A stretch of 64,000 bases of DNA from an uncultured delta proteobacterium (GTDB lineage: Bacteria > Desulfobacterota > Binatia > UBA9968), in contig CAWFJP010000031.1 in NCBI GenBank assembly GCA_963816145.1, positions 192,001-256,000 of the forward strand, written 5' to 3'. The notes beneath the pieces were generated by a model that was not told where the DNA came from, did no database searches, and worked only from the letters and a program-made list of their open reading frames with translations. Position numbers and translations under genes: made by a program. This document shows positions 29,174-37,822 of the stretch, in pieces. Each line of letters starts with the position of its first letter. The first letter of the stretch is position 1.

Positions 29174-30535
29174 TCACTTCACGAGCAGGGGTATTAATTC
29201 GGCGGCTTTTTCGCAAGTCTCCAATCGGTCCACTGCTTCGATCACTTTGTCGACGCGCTCTTCGGTCAGCACCGCGCGGGCCAGTTTGCGAAACTTAGCT
29301 CGCAGCACATCCCGGCCCACCATGTTGTGCGGCGAGCCGGGCGGGTAGGGCTCAAACGCCTTGTGAATTTTGCCGTTGGTCAGCTTCACTTCCATCGTCG
29401 TGTTGTAATTCTGATCTTTTTTCGCATTCGGGTCTGCGTAACTCTTCACCTTTCTGGCCAGCGCGAGCACCTTCGGGTCGGTCCAGAGTTTCGGGTCCAT
29501 GTAGAAACTCAGATCGTTGTCATTTTTCAGCAAACGAATTGCCAAGGAAAATGGCAGGCTGAATTGCGCGCTTGCCGTGTCATGGGGCTCATAAATCGCC
29601 CCGCCGTGTGTCACCGAGGTTTCGGATATGCCGACGCGGATCTCATCGATGTCGTCCGCGCCAAAGCGATGCTCCTCGATCAGTTTGGCGAGCGTGTAAA
29701 TGACTCCCTGCACTGTAGCGACGCAGGGATAGAGCTTGAACCAGATACGCATGATCTTGAAGTCGCTGCCGAGAGCGCGAGTGATTTCTTCAGGCTCCGA
29801 CTGATCGGCGAAGACTTTTAGAAAGCCGCGCTTGCCTTCGATAATCGTCGGCGGGCCGGTGAGGCCGAGCTGCGCCAGCAGCGCGGATTGAATACCGCCG
29901 CGGGCGGCGACGCCGGCGATCACGCGCTTCACCTCGCCTCCGGTTTGATCGTATTCCATGGTGCCGCTGGAATGCATGCCGGCGATGCCGAAGGCATGGA
30001 GAATTTGCCCTTCAGTCAAGCCGAGCAGTCTTGCCGCTGTCGCCATCGCGCCGAAGGGCGCGCCGATGCCGTGGCTGTGGAAGCCGCGCTTGCCGGCTGA
30101 AGGCCGCACCGCCAGCAGTATACGATACATGATGTCCCATCCGACGACGACGGCGGCAAGGAAATCTTTGCCGGTGCATGGGTATTTTTCACAGAGCGCA
30201 AGCGCTACGGGAACCGTGGCGGCACCCGGGTGGCCGCCGGCTGCGAAGCCGACGTCGTCGAGCTCGCAGCCTTGACCGAACGTGGCGTTCACGAATGCCG
30301 CGTCCAGGGTCGGAACTTTGGCGCCGTAGTTGACCACGGTGCTTTCGCCGCGGCCGCCCATTTCGACAACGTATCGATAGGCAATCTTGTTCCACTCCAG
30401 AGTCGAGCCGATCAGCTCGACGCCGATCTGATCGAGGATGCAGTCTTTGGCCTTTTCAATCGCCTCGCGCGGAATATCTTCAAAACGCAGCCGCGCGGTG
30501 TGGAGCGCCAGTTGTTCAGTGATACCGGTTGTCAT
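29174..30535 (-). CDS. MmgE/PrpD family protein
   Basis: ILDQIGV, ELDD...GHPG, GFH, KLYPC, AQFSLPF, PGSP. Confidence 0.9.
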   Translation of the reverse strand: MTTGITEQLALHTARLRFEDIPREAIEKAKDCILDQIGVELIGSTLEWNKIAYRYVVEMGGRGESTVVNYGAKVPTLDAAFVNATFGQGCELDDVGFAAGGHPGAATVPVALALCEKYPCTGKDFLAAVVVGWDIMYRILLAVRPSAGKRGFHSHGIGAPFGAMATAARLLGLTEGQILHAFGIAGMHSSGTMEYDQTGGEVKRVIAGVAARGGIQSALLAQLGLTGPPTIIEGKRGFLKVFADQSEPEEITRALGSDFKIMRIWFKLYPCVATVQGVIYTLAKLIEEHRFGADDIDEIRVGISETSVTHGGAIYEPHDTASAQFSLPFSLAIRLLKNDNDLSFYMDPKLWTDPKVLALARKVKSYADPNAKKDQNYNTTMEVKLTNGKIHKAFEPYPPGSPHNMVGRDVLRAKFRKLARAVLTEERVDKVIEAVDRLETCEKAAELIPLLVK

Positions 30536-30770
30536 GTTTAATTTCCTTTCGAGTTGACTTACCACGAAGTTCCCAGCGCGGCAGAGCCGCAAGCGAAATT
30601 CGGAATATCTCTCGCAAAGACGCAAAGGCCGCAAAGTTTGGAAAATAGTTTTGAAAAACGTTCCTCAGTATAATTTATATTTTTTCTCCGAACTTGGCGT
30701 GCTTTGCGCCTTTGCGGGAGGCAATTCCCATGAACGAGTCCTTGCACCGCGTCTCGACGATTGGGCCGCT

Positions 30771-32249
30771 CTATGCGCGGTTCGCCTTGGCAAAGTCGGC
30801 CGCATGGGTTCCCGCCAAGCGGCCGAAGACCGCGCCCTTCATCAGACCCGATCCGCCGGGATAATTATTGAAAAACGATCCGCCGGTGATTTCTCCCGCG
30901 GCAAAGAGTCCGCTGATCAAATTGCCGCTGGTGTCTTTGACCTCACATTTCTCCGTAATGCCGACGCCGCCGAAGGTAAAGGTGATGCCGCAGGTTACGG
31001 GAAAGGCGTAAAACGGCGGCATGTCCAGGCGCTGCGCCCAGTTCGACTTCGCCGGGCTGATCCCGCGAGTGCATTTGCCGTCGTGCTTCGATGGATCGAA
31101 CGGCGCGTCGTTCACGCCGGCATTGAATTCATTCACTGTCGTAACCACGTTCGCCCAGTCTAAGCCAGGCAATTTTTTTGCCAAGGCCTCGATGCTGTCG
31201 GCGCTGACATGAAAACCGCGGTTATACTCCGAGCGCAGCAGCGGACGCGTCTTGTTGTCGAAAATTTGATACGCGGTCCGCCAAGGCAAACGCAGCACCT
31301 CGCGGCCGCATTTCGCGTAGGTGTAGGTAAAGAAGTCCTCGCCTTCATCGACGAATCGCTTGCCGTCGATATCGACCATGATCCCGTAAGGATAGGAGTA
31401 GCGATGTTCGTAGGCGCACTCGACATCGGGAGCTGCCGAGTCTACTAGGACGGCATGGCAGCCGCTCCAATGGCCGACCGGCTGCGCGCCGAAAGCCAAG
31501 GCAAAATTCAAAACCTCGCCGGAGTTGTAGCGCGAGCCGCGAACTTTGACCAAGTCCCAGCCCGGTCCGAGATAGCGGGCGCGCATTTCCGGATTGGCTT
31601 CGAAGCCGCCGGCGGCCAGAATGACCGCGCGGCCGTGGAAGTCGGCTGTTCCTTCGCTGGTTTGCACGCGTACACCGGCGAGTTTGCCTTTGTCATCGAC
31701 GATCAACCCTTGAGCTCTAGCTTCGTAAAGAATTTCGACGCCTTTGTTCTCCGCAGTCGGAAAAAGCATCTCGATCAGTCCGAGGCCGCCGTCGTTGACG
31801 GAGATAACCCGCCCGGGCGGGAATTTGATTCTCCCTCCCGTTTTAACCGCGTGGGTGCTCGTCGCAAGAATCCACTTGACGTTCATCTCGGTGAGCCATC
31901 GCGCCGTTGGATAGGATTGGTCGACGAGGATGTTGGTGAGTTTCTTATCAGCGGCATACTCGGTCACCTGCATGACATCTTCGAAGAATTCCGCGTTGGT
32001 ATAAGTACCGACATCCATTTTTGCCGCTTCCTCGTCCGTCACGTCGGGGAGCATTGGACGCATGTCGTCCAGACTGTTGTACGTGAAGCGAAAGCCGCCG
32101 CCGGAAAATCGCGTGTTGCCCCCGCGTGCCGGTTTGGGACATTTGTCCAAAAGCAGCACGCGCGTTTCCCGTTGTCGTGCCGCCAGAGCCGCCGTCAATC
32201 CAGCATTGCCCGCGCCGACCACGATCACGTCGTAAATCTCTCCTGCCAT
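30771..32249 (-). CDS. FAD-dependent oxidoreductase, TcuA/flavocytochrome c-like
   Basis: GAGNAG, RGGNTRFSGG, GGFEAN, CGITFTFGG, NYPGGSGLMKGAVFGR. Confidence 0.88.
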   Translation of the reverse strand: MAGEIYDVIVVGAGNAGLTAALAARQRETRVLLLDKCPKPARGGNTRFSGGGFRFTYNSLDDMRPMLPDVTDEEAAKMDVGTYTNAEFFEDVMQVTEYAADKKLTNILVDQSYPTARWLTEMNVKWILATSTHAVKTGGRIKFPPGRVISVNDGGLGLIEMLFPTAENKGVEILYEARAQGLIVDDKGKLAGVRVQTSEGTADFHGRAVILAAGGFEANPEMRARYLGPGWDLVKVRGSRYNSGEVLNFALAFGAQPVGHWSGCHAVLVDSAAPDVECAYEHRYSYPYGIMVDIDGKRFVDEGEDFFTYTYAKCGREVLRLPWRTAYQIFDNKTRPLLRSEYNRGFHVSADSIEALAKKLPGLDWANVVTTVNEFNAGVNDAPFDPSKHDGKCTRGISPAKSNWAQRLDMPPFYAFPVTCGITFTFGGVGITEKCEVKDTSGNLISGLFAAGEITGGSFFNNYPGGSGLMKGAVFGRLAGTHAADFAKANRA

Positions 32250-32394
32250 ACTTATTCAATCTCCTCGCTGACTCAAGCCGTTACCGGGGTGAAACTAAAG
32301 GGTCTTTACATTGGGGGAAACGCCCGGCGGCCGACTTTTGCTTCTAGAGGTTCTTGCTTTTTGTTCCGTTCACCCCGCGCAGGCACTTTTGAAT

Positions 32395-33600
32395 TCAACT
32401 CCATAGCTTCTTGCTCGCAATCGCCGCGCCTTCGCGCAGCGCGCGCAGCTTGGCCCAAGCGATCTGGGGATGGACGCGGCCGCCCAGGCCGCAGTCGGTG
32501 CCGGCGATAACGTTTTCTTGGCCGACGAGATCAGCGAACGCGATGATGCGGTCGGCGACCAGTTCCGGGTGCTCGACGAGATCGGTGGAGTGGCTGACGA
32601 CGCCGGGGATGAGAATTTTTCCGGCGGGCAGCTTCATATCGCGCCAGACTTTGTATTCATGTTCGTGGCGGACGTTGCCGGCTTCGACCAGGTACGCCTG
32701 GGCGTTGACCCTGAGCATGATATCGACGATGTCGCGCAGCGGGAAATCGGTGGTGTGCGGACCATGCCAGCTGCCCCAACAAATGTGAAAGCGCACGCGC
32801 TCCGTTGGGATTCCTTGGAGCGCGTGATTCAAGATCTCGACGCGCTGTGATGCGTAACGCCTGTACTCCGCGACGTTCGGCTGGGGATCGAGCATGTCCC
32901 AGGCGCCGGGCAAGCCGGGGTCGTCGAGCTGCAAGATAAATCCCGCGTCGATGATCGCGCGATATTCTTCGCGCAGCGCCGCGGCGATCGCCTCTAAGAA
33001 CTTCTCCGTTGTCGGGTAGTAGCAGTTCTGATCGCGGCAGAACATCTCCAGGCTGCCGGGGGCGATGGCGCTGACGAATGCTTCGTCGATGCCTGCCGCA
33101 TTGGCGGCTAACTTCAAGTTCACAAGCTGATCGTGCAAAAAAGTTTGCCCAGTGTAGGCGATGGGCCCAGTGCACGTCGGTCGCATGGCGGCGGTGCTCG
33201 GTGCCCCGAGGCCGGTGTCGGCGTAGAATTCAGCGAACTCGCGCTGCTCCCAGCGCACGCCGACGATGCGCATCGCTGCTCCAGGCGCAGCGGTGTCGGG
33301 GGCGATGGTCTGCGCCGAAGTTGCCGTGAAGCCGGAGAGGCGGTCGAAAATGTAGTTGCCCCAAGCGCCGCGGTCGGTGGCCGCACGCATGGGCTTGCCG
33401 AACTCGCCGTCGTTGGGAATATCGATGCCGGCGCTTTTCTGCGCGACCACGACCTCGCCGATAGCGGAGCGCAGCCGCGTTTGCAGTGCGGCTTCGTCCT
33501 CAGGCGCGCTGGATTTCTTCGCCCACATGACGCGCAGGTCGGCCGGCCGCGGCAGACTGCCGACGTGGGTGGTGAGAATTCGTTCCGTGCTTCGTTTCAT
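32395..33600 (-). CDS. Cobalamin-independent methionine synthase II family protein
   Basis: ILTTHVGSLPRP, NDGEFGK, HICWGSWHGPH, EAGNVRHEHE, TDCGLGGRVHPQIAWAKL. Confidence 0.93.
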   Translation of the reverse strand: MKRSTERILTTHVGSLPRPADLRVMWAKKSSAPEDEAALQTRLRSAIGEVVVAQKSAGIDIPNDGEFGKPMRAATDRGAWGNYIFDRLSGFTATSAQTIAPDTAAPGAAMRIVGVRWEQREFAEFYADTGLGAPSTAAMRPTCTGPIAYTGQTFLHDQLVNLKLAANAAGIDEAFVSAIAPGSLEMFCRDQNCYYPTTEKFLEAIAAALREEYRAIIDAGFILQLDDPGLPGAWDMLDPQPNVAEYRRYASQRVEILNHALQGIPTERVRFHICWGSWHGPHTTDFPLRDIVDIMLRVNAQAYLVEAGNVRHEHEYKVWRDMKLPAGKILIPGVVSHSTDLVEHPELVADRIIAFADLVGQENVIAGTDCGLGGRVHPQIAWAKLRALREGAAIASKKLWS

Positions 33601-34080
33601 AGGCGCTGCCTCGCGGCTGTTTATCTGTAAACTTGGCCAAAGATGTTGGCCGAGGAACCGGTTATGTTTCCAGCAATCGAACCCTTGCGCGATCTGGACC
33701 GCTTTGCGAAACCTACATATCCTATTGACTCAAAGTTGGTTGACGGTCAACAAGCGACGGCGCCAATGAAGCAGAGAATGAAGCAGAGGATTTGACTTTG
33801 AGAACCCGACTATTTTGCAATTCGGAAAAGGAGAGCACTCATTGATGCACTCGGTCGCGGCGCAATCCAGAAACTCGTGCGCGAAGATTCCGAATTCCAA
33901 AAAGGCGTCGAACTCGGCTTTTACGAACACCGGCAAGGTCAGACCAATCGACGGATTGTTGAGCGGGGATTGAACCCCACTCAAGACCAAAGGGGATGTT
34001 TAATCCCCTTTGGTCTTCTCGGTAATTTTGTACCTACCTCAAAAGTCAGGGTTTACTGATAATTTACTCAGGTGAGATTT

Positions 34081-34677
34081 TCACGCCTCGGTGTACCAGG
34101 TGGTGTGGCGATCGACTGGAAGGCGCTTGGCCATGGTCGCCTGTTCGGAGTAGCCCAAGAATATACACGCCACCGGCCGCTCTTTCTCTGTGAGTCCGAG
34201 GACTGGGCCAACGAAGTTTTGGTCGATCCAGTCGCCGGTGCTGGGATAGCTGCCCAGGCCGCGCGCGTTGGCGGCGACCAGCAGGTTCTCGATCGCGCAC
34301 CAGCAGGCGGCGTAGTTCTCCTGGTCGGTGATTTTTTTTTCATCGCCGACCATGGAAACGATGATCAGGACCGGGGACGAGAAACATTTATCCCGAGCAA
34401 ATTTGAGCGCTTCTTCGCTCGCCTGCTCGCCCTTTTTCTCCGCGGACCAACGCACTGCCGCCTGCCGAGCTCCGACCAATTTCTCGCGCCCCGCTCCGGA
34501 GAACACGTGGAAACGCCAGGGATGGGTCAATTTGTGGTTGGGCGCCCAGTGGGCGGCGTCGAGCAGCTCTTCGATCCACTCCCGAGGAATCTCGGTCTGA
34601 AGGTACTCCTTCACCGAGCGGCGCGTCTTGATTGCAGTGAGCGCATCAGCGATGGGGCGCTCCGTTGTGATTGACAT
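34081..34677 (-). CDS. Nitroreductase family protein (YdjA-like)
   Basis: IKTRRSVK, AAHWAPNHKLTHPWRF, AIENLLVAANARGLGS. Confidence 0.9.
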   Translation of the reverse strand: MSITTERPIADALTAIKTRRSVKEYLQTEIPREWIEELLDAAHWAPNHKLTHPWRFHVFSGAGREKLVGARQAAVRWSAEKKGEQASEEALKFARDKCFSSPVLIIVSMVGDEKKITDQENYAACWCAIENLLVAANARGLGSYPSTGDWIDQNFVGPVLGLTEKERPVACIFLGYSEQATMAKRLPVDRHTTWYTEA

Positions 34678-35077
34678 GATCCGACCTCCTAAGTCTTGTA
34701 CAAATTATAGGTGTTAGAAATTTAAGCCAACTTTATTTCTGGTTCGAGGAATATCCCTGGATCAGGGAGTTGTCAAACTAGGGCTCAGGGACTTTTATAA
34801 CCTGCCTATCTGGCAAATCAAGTTTCCGCGTCAGGTCGTCCAGCGGCATATTCCGGGCGATTGCACGTCGCCAACTGAAAATAGACTCCCACCGCATTTT
34901 TAGGTTTCGTTTGGCGATTTTTCCGGCCTCGTCGCGATCCATGATCATCGGTGTGTCGCTATGCCGATTCGTCTAAAAACAGTTTGAGAATACAAACTTT
35001 GCCGATCGACTTCGCAAAAAATCGCGCTTTGGCTGTGGGAATTATGCCAATGGCTGGCCCCGACTGTCTTTTGGTTC

Positions 35078-36640
35078 TTATAGACTGATCTTGAGCCTGT
35101 CAGAGAAGTAACGTGACAGTGCCGTCGGGTCGAAATGAACCCCGCAAAGTCCGACATGACCGTCGGGACGCAGGAGGTAAAATGAGGGCTGAGGGATTTG
35201 CGCGCGTGCAAGTTCCCGGTCGTTGGCTGGATCGTTCGGAACGCTGTGGATGCGCAAGAGGTCGCCGAGGTCGGGCATGCCGGCTGGTGGCGTTTGCCCG
35301 AACCGCAGCAAGGTGAATCGCGTGTCGTCGAGTTTACCGAACAGGTCTTCGGTGGGGCCATTGGGCATGAGCTTGAGCCGCAGCCACGGAAAACGATCGC
35401 CAGCATGGGGTGCTGTCTTAGGCAGGCCCGGCAGTGTTTCCGACAATGTGCTGTCGGGGTAGCGAATGCCGATTTGCGAGATGGTGCGAAAGGCCAGCTT
35501 GCGAATTCTGGCGAAGCCCATCGCGAAGGCTACCATCCTCGCCATGATTCTCGTGCGAAACAGTCCGGCTAGCCGACTGTCTGAGACGATCAGCGAAAAC
35601 ATCCGGTCGGTCGTGCTCAGCAGTCGCTCAGCAACCGGGATGCGTTCTTCCTCGTAGGAGTCGAGCAGCCCTGCGCCCGCGCGTCCCGAGACGACAAGGG
35701 CCAACTTCCACGCCAAGTTGTAAGCATCCTGCAGGCCCGTGTTCATGCCTTGGGCGCCCACTGGGCTGTGAATGTGCGCTGCGTCACCCAATAGAAAGCA
35801 GCGGCGATCGCGAAAGCGTTCGGCGCGCCGGTGATGGATGCGATAGGTGGAGAACCAGCTGCACGTTTTGAATGACAGCTCGGTCCCCGCTTCCTGGTGC
35901 AGCGAGGGAATTACTTCTTCGAATGTCAGATTGTCGTTATGCCGCAAGCTTGGCGGCAGAATACCGACGAGCCGCCAGTGATCAGTGCCGCGCATCGGAA
36001 AGAACAGGTGAAATCCTTCGCGCCACAGATAAACATTGAGTTCCTCCGGCACCATCGGTCCGGTCGCTTGGGTATCGGCGACGAAGAACACATGCTCGTA
36101 AGGCGCGCCCTGAAATGCGATGCCGTTCAGATCGCGCACCGCGCTGTGAGCGCCGTCGCAGCCGGCCATCCAAGTCGCTGTGACTTTACGAATGCTGCCG
36201 TCCGCTTGCTTGAGTGTCGCCGAGACCTGATTGGTTTCCTGCTGAAGGCCAATCAGTTCGGTGTTCCACTGAATCGTCATCCCTGAGTTCAGCAGGGCGT
36301 CGCTCAGAAGCCGTTCGTTGTCGTCCTGTCCCAGGATCAGGACAAAAGGGTAGGGACTCAGATCGCGTCCAATGTCCCCTACCGGGACTCGCGCCGTCCG
36401 CCGCCCTTGCGCCCACAACTCGGCAGCTACGGTGCGTTTACCAAGCGCGAGCGCCTGATCGACGATACCCAGGTGGGAGTAGATTTCCAGCGTGCGCGCC
36501 TGCACGCCGAGCGCTCTGGTCTGGAGAGTCGGACCTGAGTGTCGGTCGATGATCAGCGCTTGCATACCGCGCCGCGCCAGTTGATTGGCGAGCATCAGCC
36601 CAGTCGGGCCGGCGCCGATGACGAGAACATCCGTATCCAT
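35078..36640 (-). CDS. FAD-dependent monooxygenase (PheA/TfdB-like)
   Basis: GAGPTG, GCDGAHS, LGDAAHIHSPVGAQGMNTG, LLRPDGHV. Confidence 0.92.
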   Translation of the reverse strand: MDTDVLVIGAGPTGLMLANQLARRGMQALIIDRHSGPTLQTRALGVQARTLEIYSHLGIVDQALALGKRTVAAELWAQGRRTARVPVGDIGRDLSPYPFVLILGQDDNERLLSDALLNSGMTIQWNTELIGLQQETNQVSATLKQADGSIRKVTATWMAGCDGAHSAVRDLNGIAFQGAPYEHVFFVADTQATGPMVPEELNVYLWREGFHLFFPMRGTDHWRLVGILPPSLRHNDNLTFEEVIPSLHQEAGTELSFKTCSWFSTYRIHHRRAERFRDRRCFLLGDAAHIHSPVGAQGMNTGLQDAYNLAWKLALVVSGRAGAGLLDSYEEERIPVAERLLSTTDRMFSLIVSDSRLAGLFRTRIMARMVAFAMGFARIRKLAFRTISQIGIRYPDSTLSETLPGLPKTAPHAGDRFPWLRLKLMPNGPTEDLFGKLDDTRFTLLRFGQTPPAGMPDLGDLLRIHSVPNDPANDRELARAQIPQPSFYLLRPDGHVGLCGVHFDPTALSRYFSDRLKISL

Positions 36641-36890
36641 GGGACACCTTGTGAACAAAAATGCTAGATATCGAATCGATCTTATCGCCGCACCGCGAGA
36701 CACAGCGTGCGATCGAAATTTCATTTCGCATGATTCCCTGGCCAAGGCAAATTCGTTTTACCGCGGTTGGTTGACTGTCGATCGACTTGCACTCCTTCGT
36801 CATTGACTGGGGCGACCGCATTCGTGTAGCTAGGACCAACGACATGGGTATGGTTCGGAGTGATTTCGTTTCGGGTGCATGGATGCGGAT

Positions 36891-36958
36891 AGATTTCTCG
36901 CTTTGCTCGAAATGACGGATTTAGGAGCGCTGTCATCCCGAACGTAGAGAGGGATCTC
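36891..36958. repeat. Palindromic repeat of the same family as the MITE core at 5165/16882
   Basis: AGATTTCTCGCTTTGCTCGAAATGAC ... TGTCATCCCGAACGTAGAGAGGGATCT. Confidence 0.75.
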
Positions 36959-37059
36959 GCCACCCTGAAACACCACCAGGGCATGGGTTTTATCCGTTCT
37001 AATCTGCTTTAGCTGGGAGGAAGCTGCTATGCGGCAAGATCGCCGTTTGTACCGGTGGG

Positions 37060-37657
37060 CCGGCGTCATCAATCGATTGGACGGAGACTTCGTGGCGTCG
37101 ACGAAAATTTTGACGCCTGCCGATCTCAAAGGGAAAAATCTCGGCGTCCAGAGCATCGGCGGCGGCATCTGGACATTTTCGATGCTGGCGCTCGATCACT
37201 GGGGTCTGGTGCCCGAGCGCGACAAGATTCAGTTTCGCATCCTCGGCGATCAGTCGGTGATCGCCCAGGGGCTGGTCGCCGGCACCGTCGATGCCGCCTA
37301 TCTCGGCTACACCTTCAGCAAGACCGTGCAGCGTAATGGCTTTCACGTTCTTCAAGACTTCGCCAATATCGATATTCCGTGCCAAGGTATCGGCGTCGTC
37401 GCGCGCAAAAGTTTTTTAGATCAGTCCCCCGATATCGCCGAGCGGACGCTCAAATCCTTGAGCGCTCGATCGCCTACTATCAGGACCCGGCTAATAAACA
37501 AACTATCGTGGCGATCATGTCGAAGTGGCTGCGTCTGCAAAGAAGCCAAGATGCGGCGGCGGCGGGGTTCGATCCCAAGTTCGGCCGCATGAAGGCGGAG
37601 ACACTCGTCGACGAACGGATCGTGCGCAAGCTCGAACGGGAAGGTGTTTTCAAATGA
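37060..37657 (+). pseudogene. Truncated NitT/TauT-type substrate-binding protein
   Basis: Homologous to 40926-41921 (LDHWGLVPERDKIQFRILGDQ); no N-terminus, frameshift near 37460, internal deletion near 37570. Confidence 0.8.
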
Positions 37658-37822
37658 TCGACGCAATCGCCGAGGTTGCGAGCGTGCTAACCACAACAGT
37701 CTCGCGCAGGTGCGCTTACTATCGGTACAGATAGCCAGGTGAAACGGGAGATCGAAGATTTATACTGCCAAAATGGAGGGTAGGGGGGCTCGACTGCAGA
37801 ATCCTCGATCGCGATCGTCGCT

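Noticed and set aside
33600-33780. SAM or cobalamin riboswitch upstream of the metE-like genes (also 2560-2695)
   Set aside because: No conserved riboswitch core recognised; an Rfam/Infernal scan would be needed.
33780-34080. Possible antitoxin fragment and IS right end
   Set aside because: Similarity too weak to support by eye; no clear TIR match to 12115.
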